Made by a program: the position numbers and the translations under genes. DNA of 64,000 nt from Selenomonadaceae bacterium (lineage in GTDB: Bacteria > Bacillota > Clostridia > Oscillospirales > CAG-272): assembly GCA_963598415.1 (NCBI GenBank), contig CAVBUH010000047.1:140024-204023 (forward strand), read 5' to 3'. Below the pieces are notes generated by a model that did not search any database, was not told the origin of the DNA, and saw nothing but the letters and a program-made list of their open reading frames with translations. How positions within the stretch are numbered: position 1 is the first letter of the stretch; each line of letters opens with the position of its first letter. Below are positions 18,411 to 28,151 of the stretch, piece after piece.

Positions 18411-18454
18411 AGAATATGTAATGTAAACAATATTTTACGACAGGAGTTAAAATA

Positions 18455-18718
18455 ATGATTTCACGCGATGTAACAATACAAAATAACGTCGGTCTTCATG
18501 CAAGACCTGCTACCTTCTTTATCCAGAAGGCTAACTCCTATAAATCATCTATATGGGTGGAAAAGGGCGATCGGCGCGTAAATGCGAAGTCTTTACTTGG
18601 CGTCCTTTCGCTCGGAATCGTCAAAGGAATGACGGTAACGCTTATTGCCGACGGCGCTGACGAAGCTGAGGCACTTGAGGGACTTTCCGAGCTCATCGCA
18701 ACCGGCTTTGAGGACTGA
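18455..18718 (+). CDS. ptsH: phosphocarrier protein HPr
   Basis: 87 aa. It has GLHARPA (His15 site) and NAKSLLGVLSLG (Ser46 region). The SD CAGGAG lies upstream. Confidence 0.85.
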   Translation: MISRDVTIQNNVGLHARPATFFIQKANSYKSSIWVEKGDRRVNAKSLLGVLSLGIVKGMTVTLIADGADEAEALEGLSELIATGFED

Positions 18719-18742
18719 ACAGCATAACCGTAATAGAACAAA

Positions 18743-18784
18743 GCGGGCAGACAATTCCTCGTCAGAAGGAGTCTGCCCGCTTTT
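18743..18784 (+). terminator. rho-independent terminator after ptsH
   Basis: GCGGGCAGAC-(18 nt)-GTCTGCCCGC followed by TTTT. Confidence 0.7.
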
Positions 18785-18843
18785 CGATAAGCCGGTTCAT
18801 GCCTGCAGCAGAAAATCAGCGACGATTTGTGGGGAATAGAAAA

Positions 18844-20664
18844 ATGACAGGTGGAATGACCGCAATAGAAAAATTAAGAGAGAAAGCCTCAAGACTTCCT
18901 CCCTGCCCAGGCGTATATCTGATGAAGAACGGCGCAGGGCAAATTATCTATATCGGAAAATCAAAAGTACTGCATAACAGGGTTCTCTCTTATTTTACCG
19001 ACATGGATCGCCATACCGTAAAAACCGCAAAGCTGGTAAGTCAGATAGCCGATTTTGACGTAATGCTCACTTCAACCGAAATAGAAGCGCTTGCTCTTGA
19101 AAACCGTCTGATCAAGCTTCACACTCCGAAATTTAATATTAAACTCAAGGATGGAAAGAGCTACCCCTATATCAAACTTACCGTAAACGAAGAATATCCG
19201 CGCATCCTCGTTGTAAGAAAACGTCTTGCCGACGGTGCAAAATATTTTGGTCCGTATTCCGGCACCGGAATTGCTTATATGATAGTAAATACCGTCAGAA
19301 AAGCATTCGGCATTCCCGACTGTAAAAAAAATTTCCCCAGGGATATCGGAAAAACACGTCCCTGCCTGAATTATCAGATCGGTCTTTGCGCAGGAGTATG
19401 CACGGGAGGTATTACGCAAGAGGAGTACCGGAAAATGTTCGCCGATATCGCTTCTTTTCTCGGCGGATCCTTTTCGGAGGTAAAAAAATCGTTGACAGAA
19501 CAAATGGAATATGCGTCGGAAAATCTGATGTTCGAGGTCGCCGCTCTCTGCCGTGACAGAATTCACTGTCTGTCAAAGCTCTGGGAAAAACAGAAAGTAA
19601 TCGCCGCTCCTTATGTGGAACAGGACATAATCGCCGTATATTCTGACGAAACCTGTTCCTGTCTTACCGTTTTCTATGTGCGGGGCGGCGCGGTTACAGA
19701 TCGTGAAAGCTTTATTTTCGGAGCCGACCGCATTGTCGACGACGACGCCGTATCCTCGTTTTTATATGAGCTTTACCATGTAAGGGAATATATTCCGAAA
19801 GAAATACTTCTTGACTTTCCTCTCGGAGAGGAAAGCCGGGAATCTCTCGCTGAAATGCTGAAGCTTAAGGCCGGCTTCAAAGTCAACATCAGATTCCCCG
19901 AAAAAGGCAGTTTAAAAGCACTCTGTGCTATGGTAAGAGAAAATGCAAAGGAATATGCCGCACAGTATAATGCTGAAGCCGAAAAGCAGAATGACGCTCT
20001 TGTCCGCATTGCACAGTTGCTCCGTCTTGAGGTAGTTCCCGAACGGATCGAGGCATATGATATATCCAACTACGGCAACGAAAATATTACCGCCGGAAAA
20101 ATTTCCATAGTAAACGGAAGGTTCGACAAGAGCGCCTACCGAACATACAAAATCGCTTCCTCCGGCGGTCAGGATGACTATGCTTCGATGCGCGAAGCAA
20201 TTTCAAGAAGATTGTCTCATCCGGAGGATGAATATCCCGATTTGATCCTGCTCGACGGAGGAAGAACGCATGTATCGGTAATACGGCAGCTTCTCTCCGA
20301 AATAAATCTGTATATACCGGTATTCGGCATGGTAAAAGACGAATATCACAAGACACGTGCTCTTACCGATGACAGGAATGAAATCAGTATCGCCAAAGAG
20401 CAGCCGGTTTTTCTCCTGATATACAAAATACAAGAGGAAGTACACCGATATACCGTTGCCAGAATGACGGGGGCAAAACGAAAAACCTTGAAGACCTCAT
20501 CTCTTGAAGCGATAAAAGGCATAGGACCTTCAAAAGCGAAAGCCCTGCTCTCCGCATTCAAAGGGCTATCCGGTGTTTCATCGGCAGTCTATGACGATCT
20601 GATTTCTGTCAAAGGAATTACCGAAAAAGACGCCGAAAATATTTTGAATTATTTCAAAAAATGA
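18844..20664 (+). CDS. uvrC: excinuclease ABC subunit C
   Basis: It has the GIY-YIG motif GVYLMKNGAGQIIYIGKSKVLHNRVLSYF, UvrBC and RNase-H-like regions, and a C-terminal HhH (IKGIGPSKAKALL). The in-frame ATG at 18799 is an alternative start. Confidence 0.85.
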   Translation: MTGGMTAIEKLREKASRLPPCPGVYLMKNGAGQIIYIGKSKVLHNRVLSYFTDMDRHTVKTAKLVSQIADFDVMLTSTEIEALALENRLIKLHTPKFNIKLKDGKSYPYIKLTVNEEYPRILVVRKRLADGAKYFGPYSGTGIAYMIVNTVRKAFGIPDCKKNFPRDIGKTRPCLNYQIGLCAGVCTGGITQEEYRKMFADIASFLGGSFSEVKKSLTEQMEYASENLMFEVAALCRDRIHCLSKLWEKQKVIAAPYVEQDIIAVYSDETCSCLTVFYVRGGAVTDRESFIFGADRIVDDDAVSSFLYELYHVREYIPKEILLDFPLGEESRESLAEMLKLKAGFKVNIRFPEKGSLKALCAMVRENAKEYAAQYNAEAEKQNDALVRIAQLLRLEVVPERIEAYDISNYGNENITAGKISIVNGRFDKSAYRTYKIASSGGQDDYASMREAISRRLSHPEDEYPDLILLDGGRTHVSVIRQLLSEINLYIPVFGMVKDEYHKTRALTDDRNEISIAKEQPVFLLIYKIQEEVHRYTVARMTGAKRKTLKTSSLEAIKGIGPSKAKALLSAFKGLSGVSSAVYDDLISVKGITEKDAENILNYFKK

Positions 20665-20669
20665 ATACA

Positions 20670-20849
20670 TTAAGGCAACACCGCACAATGATTGTTGTGC
20701 AGTTGCGCCGCCGGATTTTTCGTCAGACAATACAAATTGAGGAGGCAAGAGTGACTCCTCTGCCGACGAAATTTGTGAAGGTTGACGGAAAAGCTGCAAG
20801 CAAATACGCAATAAAGGCGTTAGCTGCGTCCCCCGCGGTATGGCCTTAA
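20670..20849 (-). mobile_element. family-A MITE-like repeat
   Basis: It runs TTAAGGCAACACCGCACAATGATTGTTGTGCAG ... CGCGGTATGGCCTTAA and starts 5 nt after the uvrC stop codon. Confidence 0.8.
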
Positions 20850-20905
20850 ATTATAAATTAAATAAGGAGGCTTTCATACCCGAAAGCTGCGGTAAAAATC
20901 AGATT

Positions 20906-21457
20906 ATGAGAATCATCACAGGAACAGCAAGAGGAACCAGACTGGAAACACTGGAAGGAGAAACAACCCGTCCCACCTCAGAGCGTACAAAAGAAGCGGT
21001 TTTCAGTATGCTTCAATTTGATATCGAGGGAAAAAACGTTCTTGATCTTTTCGGAGGCTCCGGTCAGCTCGCCCTTGAAGCATTAAGCCGAGGCGCTGTC
21101 AGCGCTTATATAACGGATTCGGATCAGGCAGCCTGCGAAATAATAAAAAGAAACGCAAAAAAAACCCGCCTGTTTGAAAAAACAAAAGTTCTTTGCTGTG
21201 ACTATAAATCAGTAATAAAAAATCTTTCCGGACGGGAAAAATTCGGAATTGTCTTTCTTGATCCTCCTTATAAAAGTAATTTTATTACCGATGCTTTACA
21301 GCGTCTCACAGAAGCAAACCTTATCTCCGACGGAGGCTTTGTTATCTGTGAAAGCGATGTCACGGCTCCTTTTTCTTACCCTGGATTTGCCCTCCAAAAA
21401 CATGCTAAATACGGAAAGGCTTTTATAACCATACTCAGAAAGGAATGCCAATCATGA
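20906..21457 (+). CDS. rsmD: 16S rRNA (guanine966-N2)-methyltransferase RsmD
   Basis: MRIITGTARGTRLETLEGETTRPTSERTKEAVFSML start, a DLFGGSGQLALEALSRGA SAM motif and DPPY. The ORF-track start at 20840 lies inside the repeat element. Confidence 0.8.
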   Translation: MRIITGTARGTRLETLEGETTRPTSERTKEAVFSMLQFDIEGKNVLDLFGGSGQLALEALSRGAVSAYITDSDQAACEIIKRNAKKTRLFEKTKVLCCDYKSVIKNLSGREKFGIVFLDPPYKSNFITDALQRLTEANLISDGGFVICESDVTAPFSYPGFALQKHAKYGKAFITILRKECQS

Positions 21458-21936
21458 GAACAAAAGCTTTAGTCTCCGGCAGCTTTGATCCTGTAACAGT
21501 CGGTCATACAGATTTAATACAGCGTGCTGCGAAAATGTTTGACGAAGTATACGCCGTTGTATTCAACAATACTGAAAAAAGCTATCTTTTTACACTTCAA
21601 GACAGAAAACAAATGCTGGAGCTATCCTGTTCTGATCTGCCGAATGTAAAAATAGACACTTTCGACGGATTGCTTGCCGATTATACCGCCGCCAACGGAA
21701 TAACCGTGATAGTACGAGGCGTCCGGGATGCCTCAGATGCCTCCTATGAGATGATGCTCGCCACGATAAACAGAAAACTCGGCAATTCACCTGATACCGT
21801 TTTTCTTCCTTCAAAACCGGAATTTGCCCATATTTCTTCCTCCTATGTACGCGACATGATAAAATACCGTCAGCCACTCACCGGTATTATTCCCGATAAA
21901 GCGACAAATTTTATCTCGAATTTATTTCCTCAATAA
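21454..21936 (+). CDS. coaD: phosphopantetheine adenylyltransferase
   Basis: It has SGSFDPVTVGHTDLI (the HxGH-type motif) and ISSSYVRDM. The SD GAAAGGA lies upstream of the ATG at 21454. Confidence 0.85.
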   Translation: MRTKALVSGSFDPVTVGHTDLIQRAAKMFDEVYAVVFNNTEKSYLFTLQDRKQMLELSCSDLPNVKIDTFDGLLADYTAANGITVIVRGVRDASDASYEMMLATINRKLGNSPDTVFLPSKPEFAHISSSYVRDMIKYRQPLTGIIPDKATNFISNLFPQ

Positions 21937-21973
21937 TCCGTTTTTTGACAAAAATAAACATAATTTTCCAACG

Positions 21974-22016
21974 TTCGCCGTTTTGTTCTCTTTGAGTTCC
22001 AAGACGGCGAATTTTT
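21974..22016 (+). terminator. rho-independent terminator after coaD
   Basis: TTCGCCGT-(22 nt)-ACGGCGAA followed by TTTTT. Confidence 0.6.
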
Positions 22017-22070
22017 GTTCTTATTGACATTAAATTTCTTATCAGAAGGAAAAATATCGGACGTTTCATA

Positions 22071-22099
22071 TTGAAAAAAAAGATAAATTGGGCTATAAT
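22071..22099 (+). promoter_or_regulatory. dcw (Pmra-like) promoter candidate
   Basis: TTGAAA (22071-22076), a 17 nt spacer, then TATAAT (22094-22099). Confidence 0.5.
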
Positions 22100-22107
22100 A
22101 TTCATGT

Positions 22108-22133
22108 AAGTGGCGGAAAGTGGATGAAAGTGG
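22108..22133 (+). promoter_or_regulatory. MraZ operator candidate: three AAGTGG boxes with exact 10 bp phasing
   Basis: AAGTGG occurs at 22108, 22118 and 22128, immediately downstream of the -10 box and upstream of mraZ. Confidence 0.6.
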
Positions 22134-22197
22134 TTGATTTTTAGCAAATATTTCATCCGTTCCCTCTGAATTCCATTTTCATGACGGAGGAAAGCAT

Positions 22198-22617
22198 ATG
22201 TTCTGCGGCGAATACAGTCACAATCTTGACGCCAAAAAACGGATAATTCTTCCGTCAAAGCTCCGGGAACAGCTTGGAGAAAATGTTGTCATGACCAAAA
22301 GCGTTGATCCATGCGTTGCTCTCTACCCGATAGAACGTTGGAATACCTTCACGGCAAGACTTGATTCTCTTCCCGACATAGAAACCCGACAGGTAAAGCG
22401 TTTTCTCTATTCCGCTGCCTTCGAAACCTCAGTAGATGCTCAGGGACGTATCCTTATCGCCCCCAATCTTTGTGATTATGCCTCTCTCTGCAAAAGCGTA
22501 AAGGTCATTGGAGTCGGAGATCATATCGAAATATGGGACGAAAAGCTCTGGAGCAACGAAAATTCCTCTGAGAACACCGCTGATATTGCCAATATTCTGA
22601 TAAAACTCGGGTTCTGA
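22198..22617 (+). CDS. mraZ: transcriptional regulator MraZ
   Basis: 139 aa. It has the duplicated SpoVT/AbrB-like halves (LDAKKRIILPSKLREQLG and VDAQGRILIAPNL) and is the first gene of the dcw cluster. Confidence 0.9.
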   Translation: MFCGEYSHNLDAKKRIILPSKLREQLGENVVMTKSVDPCVALYPIERWNTFTARLDSLPDIETRQVKRFLYSAAFETSVDAQGRILIAPNLCDYASLCKSVKVIGVGDHIEIWDEKLWSNENSSENTADIANILIKLGF

Positions 22618-22619
22618 CA

Positions 22620-23552
22620 ATGAAAAATAAATTTGAGCATTATTCCGTAATGCTGAACGAATGCATTAACGGACTTAATATAAAACCGGACGGACTATAT
22701 ATCGATTGTACTGCTGGGGGCGGAGGACATAGCTTCGAAATTGCAAAACGGCTTAACAGCTCCGGCAAGCTGATCGCAATCGACAGAGATCCCGAAGCCA
22801 TTTCTGCGGTAAAAGAAAGACTTGATTCTTTTTCCGACAGATCAGAAATTGTAAATGATAACTTCTCAAATCTGCCAAGCATTTTAAACGGCAGAAGTGC
22901 GGACGGAGTTCTGATTGATCTCGGTGTCTCCTCCTATCAGCTCGATACGGCAAGCAGGGGGTTCTCTTACAGAAACGATGCTCCGCTCGACATGAGAATG
23001 AATCCCACGGATCCCGTCAATGCAAAAGATATCGTAAACTCCTACTCCGAGGAAGCGCTTGCGAATATCATTTTTAAATACGGAGAGGAAAAATTCTCCC
23101 GAAGAATCGCTTCCGCAATAGTCAGACAGCGCAAGCTTAAGCCAATCGAAAGCACCCTTGAGCTTGCAAACATTATCGCAGAAGCAATTCCTGTAAAATT
23201 TCGGGAAAAAGGTTCAAATCCCGCCAAAAGAACATTCCAGGCAATCCGCATTGAAGTCAATCACGAGCTTGATATAATAGTCCCGACGGTAAAAGCAATT
23301 GCACAAGCATTGAAGCCGGGCGGCAGAATGGCAATCATTACTTTTCACTCTCTTGAAGACAGACTTGTTAAACAAACGATGAACGAGCTTTCCAAAGGTT
23401 GTATCTGTCCACCGGAATTACCGGTATGTGTCTGCGGAAAGAAACCGATTATAAAGCTTATCACTAAAAAACCACTCCTGCCTTCCGAAAAGGAGCTTTC
23501 CGAAAACAAAAGATCGCACAGTGCAAAGCTGCGTATCGCCGAAAAAATTTAG
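22620..23552 (+). CDS. rsmH: 16S rRNA (cytosine1402-N4)-methyltransferase RsmH
   Basis: 310 aa. Motifs seen are HYSVMLNE, DCTAGGGGHS, DLGVSSYQLD, ITFHSLEDR and NKRSHSAKLR. Confidence 0.9.
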   Translation: MKNKFEHYSVMLNECINGLNIKPDGLYIDCTAGGGGHSFEIAKRLNSSGKLIAIDRDPEAISAVKERLDSFSDRSEIVNDNFSNLPSILNGRSADGVLIDLGVSSYQLDTASRGFSYRNDAPLDMRMNPTDPVNAKDIVNSYSEEALANIIFKYGEEKFSRRIASAIVRQRKLKPIESTLELANIIAEAIPVKFREKGSNPAKRTFQAIRIEVNHELDIIVPTVKAIAQALKPGGRMAIITFHSLEDRLVKQTMNELSKGCICPPELPVCVCGKKPIIKLITKKPLLPSEKELSENKRSHSAKLRIAEKI

Positions 23553-23568
23553 AACAAGGGGAAACGAG

Positions 23569-24228
23569 ATGACAACCGACGTTACAAAGAAAAAAACGAT
23601 AACCGCGTCAGAGCCGAATATAAAAACGGGTAAACACGGCGGTACTTCCGTCCCCTCAAAGGGGAGAAAACCGGTAAATATTGCGCGCGACAGGCGTGTA
23701 ACCGGATATACAAGAGTAAAATCCGGAGAATTGAAAAGAAGGACCGTTGTTCGTACCCCCGATATGTCAAGACCTGATGCAAAGGTGGTAAATCCTCAGG
23801 TTTCAATCGGCTCGGTTCCGGCAACGGTAAAACGGGAAAAGGCGATCCCCGTAGCGACTCTCCGCGCTGAACCGACAGTACGCACCATCACCGACACGAA
23901 AAAGGAGGTCTTTCCCTTCTCGATCGTTTTTCTGTCGCTTATATGCTCTGTGCTCTTCATGTATATGATATTTAACTATGTACAGATAAACGAACACACC
24001 TCCGCCGTATCGGATCTGAAAACGGAAATTGCCACTCTCAGAGTTGAAAGAGATGATCTTACAGCAAAGCTTGACAAAAAAAATGATCTTACCTATATAG
24101 AAAAGATTGCAAGAGAAGAGCTTGGAATGGTAACAATTGACGAAATAATAAAAAAATATATCAATATGGATCCCGGAGATATTATTACATCTTTCGGCAA
24201 CAATCCCGATTCTTCGTCAGCCGATTGA
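23569..24228 (+). CDS. ftsL: cell division protein FtsL-like (septum formation initiator family)
   Basis: It has a basic N-terminal tail, one TM helix (FSIVFLSLICSVLFMYMIF) and a coiled-coil segment, and sits in the dcw position between rsmH and the PBP. I prefer the ATG at 23569 over the ORF-track start at 23521. Confidence 0.6.
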   Translation: MTTDVTKKKTITASEPNIKTGKHGGTSVPSKGRKPVNIARDRRVTGYTRVKSGELKRRTVVRTPDMSRPDAKVVNPQVSIGSVPATVKREKAIPVATLRAEPTVRTITDTKKEVFPFSIVFLSLICSVLFMYMIFNYVQINEHTSAVSDLKTEIATLRVERDDLTAKLDKKNDLTYIEKIAREELGMVTIDEIIKKYINMDPGDIITSFGNNPDSSSAD

Positions 24229-24356
24229 CAATAAAGAAAAAACCGAGGGTAATACGGCAAAAAATTTTCAGCCGATTGCCTCGTTTTTTTCTTTCTTATA
24301 TTGTAAAATGAATTGTTCGGTAGTATAATGATATAGTATATATTGTTCACACGGAG

Positions 24357-26615
24357 GTGATACACATAAGACGTTCAGACGAATCAAACCGCAGAATCCC
24401 CGGAAGAAGCATGATTATTCTGCTTGGCTGCATGATTTTGTGGTGTATACTTATCCTAAAGCTTTTTCAGCTTCAGATAATTGATTATGATTATTATCAG
24501 AATAAAGTGCTCGGCAATGTGCAAAGAATGACTACTCTGTCCGCTGTGCGCGGAGAAATATATGATGCTAATATGAACAAGCTTGCCTCGAACTATACGG
24601 TATACCGGATTTTTATTTCACCGAGGGATATAACCGATACCGATCAGGCAGAGCTTATCGCAAACGGACTTTCAGATATTCTCGGTGTTGATTATGATAA
24701 GATTATTGCCATGACCAAAAAAGTCCATCGCGCTGATGAAACAATTATGAAAAAAGCGTCGGAGGAACAAGCTGATTCGGTTCGAAAATTTATTCTTGAC
24801 AATGATCTGACCATGCAGATCCATCTCGAAGCAACGACTGCAAGATATTATCCTTTCTCATCGCTTGCCGCGAACGTAATCGGCGTCGTAGGAACAGACG
24901 GAGGACTTACCGGACTTGAATACCAGTACAACAGCTTTCTTCTCGGAAAATCCGGTAAATATGTCACTTCCAAAGACGCTCAGGGCGGTCAGATGCCAAG
25001 TAAATATGACACTTACATAGACGCCTCCAACGGAGCAAATCTGGTCACCACGATTGATGTCACAATTCAGAAAGCTCTCGAAAAACAGCTTCAGCAAACG
25101 TATCTTGATTCCGACCCTCTCAACCGGGTAACCGGAATCGTTATGGATGTCAATACCGGAGCCATTCTCGGCATGGCAACCTATCCCACCTTTGATCTTA
25201 ACTCGCCCTTCACTCTTGATGAGGATTCGATTGAAAAGCTGGAAACAAGCGAGCTCGATCCGGAATCCTCGGAATACGGAAAATATCAGACGGAGCTTCT
25301 CTATAAACTATGGAAAAACAAAGCCGTATCAGAATTATATGAACCCGGTTCAACCTTCAAAATAATCACTACCTCCATGGCGCTGGAAGAAGGATTGGTA
25401 TCGCTCGACGAAAAATTTTATTGTTCAGGAAAATTCTATGTTGACGGTTATCCTCAGCCGATTCACTGCCACAAACGGACCGGACATGGTTCCGTCACCT
25501 TTGAACGAGGTCTCCAGCAATCCTGCAATCCGATCCTTATGACGATCGGACTTCGCGTAGGTCAAGCAAAATTTTACGAATATTTCAATGCATTTGGATA
25601 TACAGGCTACACCGGAATCGACCTTCCGGGAGAAGCAAAATCAATCTATTCGTCATATGATAATTTCGGACTCGTTTCGCTTGCGGTCTACTCCTTTGGA
25701 CAGACATTCAAGGTAACCCCTCTCATGCAGCTCACCGCCATATCTGCCGTCGCCAACGGCGGCTATTTACTGACGCCGTATGTGGTTGACCAAATCATAG
25801 ATGATGACGGAAATATTCTCATGCAGCATGAAACAGACGCAAAACGTCAGGTGGTCAGCACAGAGGTATGTAAAACGATAAGCGGTATTCTCGAAAGAGG
25901 CGTTTCCGGAGACGGAGGGGCAAAGAATACCTATGTGGCCGGATATAAAATTGCAGCCAAAACCGGAACCTCCGAGGTTCGTGACCAGGCGGATCCGGAC
26001 GGCAACTATTCCTATCGGGTAGGATCAACCGTCGCCTATGCCCCTGCCGATAATCCTCAGATCTCCGTGATCATAGTCGTAGACACACCGATGAGCAGCA
26101 GCAAATACGGCGCTATTGTTGCAGCCCCCTATGTTGCAAATCTCATGAGTGAAATTCTTCCCTATATCGGAATCGAACCTAACTATACCGAGGAAGAATA
26201 TGCCAAACTCAAAGCTACGCTCAAGGGCTATGTAGGCTGGCCGACAACCGACGCCGTTCGGGCAATCACCAACCGCGGCATCGAATATGAGATTGTAGGA
26301 ACAGGCGACGTTATCAAATATCAGATTCCTTCAAAAGGCGAAGAAATCATGAAACAAGAAGGAAAAGTTATTTTCTATACCGGCGACGCCACGCCTGTTT
26401 CCGACATAAAAGTACCGGACGTAGTGGGAAAAACAGTTTCCGCTGCAAACCGTCTGCTTACAAACAGCGGATTTAACGTAATAATTGACGGTGCAACAGT
26501 ATCCTCCTCCTCAACCGAGGCTTATGTCGTATCACAGTCAATAGCGGCAGGAACTCTGTCGTCCAAGGGAACCGTCGTGAAAATAACCGTTCGCTATCTC
26601 GACGGAACAGCCTAA
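24357..26615 (+). CDS. class B penicillin-binding protein (FtsI/PBP2B/SpoVD family) with two PASTA domains
   Basis: 752 aa. It has an N-terminal TM helix, a PBP dimerisation domain, the transpeptidase motifs STFK, SCN and KTGT, and two C-terminal PASTA-like repeats. The start (GTG at 24357 or ATG at 24411) is uncertain. Confidence 0.85.
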   Translation: MIHIRRSDESNRRIPGRSMIILLGCMILWCILILKLFQLQIIDYDYYQNKVLGNVQRMTTLSAVRGEIYDANMNKLASNYTVYRIFISPRDITDTDQAELIANGLSDILGVDYDKIIAMTKKVHRADETIMKKASEEQADSVRKFILDNDLTMQIHLEATTARYYPFSSLAANVIGVVGTDGGLTGLEYQYNSFLLGKSGKYVTSKDAQGGQMPSKYDTYIDASNGANLVTTIDVTIQKALEKQLQQTYLDSDPLNRVTGIVMDVNTGAILGMATYPTFDLNSPFTLDEDSIEKLETSELDPESSEYGKYQTELLYKLWKNKAVSELYEPGSTFKIITTSMALEEGLVSLDEKFYCSGKFYVDGYPQPIHCHKRTGHGSVTFERGLQQSCNPILMTIGLRVGQAKFYEYFNAFGYTGYTGIDLPGEAKSIYSSYDNFGLVSLAVYSFGQTFKVTPLMQLTAISAVANGGYLLTPYVVDQIIDDDGNILMQHETDAKRQVVSTEVCKTISGILERGVSGDGGAKNTYVAGYKIAAKTGTSEVRDQADPDGNYSYRVGSTVAYAPADNPQISVIIVVDTPMSSSKYGAIVAAPYVANLMSEILPYIGIEPNYTEEEYAKLKATLKGYVGWPTTDAVRAITNRGIEYEIVGTGDVIKYQIPSKGEEIMKQEGKVIFYTGDATPVSDIKVPDVVGKTVSAANRLLTNSGFNVIIDGATVSSSSTEAYVVSQSIAAGTLSSKGTVVKITVRYLDGTA

Positions 26616-26690
26616 TTCCTATGTAAAAAAGAAAGGATATCAAATATCGGGACGTCAAACTCAAAATAAATAACGACGGAGATATTTGAT

Positions 26691-28151
26691 ATGAAATTCT
26701 CAGAGCTTGCACAAGACGCAAAGCAAATTATTCTTCCCTTTGATCCTGAAATAAAAGAAATTGTATCCGATTCTTCACAATGCCATCCGAACTGTCTTTT
26801 TATCTGTATAGACGGTCTGCACCGTGACGGACATGATTTTATCGACGAAGCAAGAAAAAGCGGAGCTTCCGCCTTTATCGTCGCCGCTTCTCACACGGAA
26901 AGAAAAGCATCTCTCCTATCAAGCGAGCTTCCGTTTGCCGTCTATGATGATACACGGATCGGAGAAGCGCTCATCACCTCCCGTTTTTTCGGGGAGCCGC
27001 AAAAAAAGCTTAAACTATTCGCAGTAACCGGAACTAACGGTAAAACAACCGTCGTTTCACTTTTAAATGCTATTTACACAATGGCGGGTTATTCCTGTCA
27101 AACCATCGGTACCCTCACCGGAAAGCTGACCACTCCCGATCCCTCCGTCTTATACAAAAGCCTTGCCGATTTTGTTGCGGATGGAGTCCAATACGTTTTT
27201 ATGGAGGCGTCCTCTCATGCGCTTGCGCTCGGAAAACTCGAACCGATTACTTTTGAATGCGGAATTTTCACCAATCTGACGCCCGAGCATCTGGATTTTC
27301 ACGGTTGCATGGATCATTACGCCGACGCAAAAGCAAAGCTGTTCAAAAAATCCGAACGGAGCATTTTAAACTCAGACGATTCTTACTGCCGTCATATGAT
27401 GCGAGCGGCGAAGGAAGCTTTTCTCTGTTCCGCCAGGCATGACGATTCTGATTTCTTTGCCAAAAATATCGTTCAAAACGGAATTTACGGAATACAATAC
27501 GATTTTATGACTACCGATTTAGTCTTTAAAATTAAATCCGGCATACCGGGGCTTTTCACGGTGATGAATACTATGGAGGCTGCCGCCGCCGCTTTAACCG
27601 GCGGAATCTCTCCCGATATTATCAGAGGGGCAATCGGTGGGTTTGCCGGTGTGAAAGGAAGACTCGAACGGGTAAGGATACCTACAAACGATTTTTCCGT
27701 ATACATCGACTTCGCTCACACTCCCGACGCGCTTGAAAACATTCTTCGCACTGTCAGAAGCTTTATGAATGAGAAACAGAGGCTTGTCCTCGTTTTCGGC
27801 TGCGGAGGCGACAGAGATAAAACAAAGCGCCCTGTAATGGGTGCTATTGCAACACAGCTTGCCGATTTCGTAATCATCACCGCGGATAACAGCAGAAGCG
27901 AAAAAACCTCCGATATCATCGATAATATTCTCTCCGGCGTGATGACCGATGCGGTTTATACCGTTATCGAAAACAGAAAAGAAGCCATTGAATACGCCGT
28001 CAGTACAGCCTGTCGCGATGATGTTATTCTTCTCACCGGAAAAGGTCACGAGGAATACGAGATTATGCCGGACGGAGTACATCCTTTTTCCGAAAAGGAC
28101 ATCGTGACGGAAGCCGCAAAAAAGTACATGAAATCAAGGGGACTGTTTTAA
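26691..28151 (+). CDS. murE: UDP-N-acetylmuramoyl-L-alanyl-D-glutamate--diamino acid ligase MurE
   Basis: 486 aa. It has the P-loop VTGTNGKTT, Mur ligase middle and C-terminal domains and GKGHE. The TAA stop codon lies within the terminal TTAAGG of the adjacent repeat. Confidence 0.85.
   Translation: MKFSELAQDAKQIILPFDPEIKEIVSDSSQCHPNCLFICIDGLHRDGHDFIDEARKSGASAFIVAASHTERKASLLSSELPFAVYDDTRIGEALITSRFFGEPQKKLKLFAVTGTNGKTTVVSLLNAIYTMAGYSCQTIGTLTGKLTTPDPSVLYKSLADFVADGVQYVFMEASSHALALGKLEPITFECGIFTNLTPEHLDFHGCMDHYADAKAKLFKKSERSILNSDDSYCRHMMRAAKEAFLCSARHDDSDFFAKNIVQNGIYGIQYDFMTTDLVFKIKSGIPGLFTVMNTMEAAAAALTGGISPDIIRGAIGGFAGVKGRLERVRIPTNDFSVYIDFAHTPDALENILRTVRSFMNEKQRLVLVFGCGGDRDKTKRPVMGAIATQLADFVIITADNSRSEKTSDIIDNILSGVMTDAVYTVIENRKEAIEYAVSTACRDDVILLTGKGHEEYEIMPDGVHPFSEKDIVTEAAKKYMKSRGLF

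Noticed and set aside
20862-20880. A strong SD-like AAGGAGG at 20864-20870 inside the uvrC-rsmD spacer suggests an alternative rsmD start.
   Set aside because: No ATG, GTG or TTG lies at a suitable distance in frame; only ATA does. The RsmD family N-terminus aligns with the ATG at 20906.
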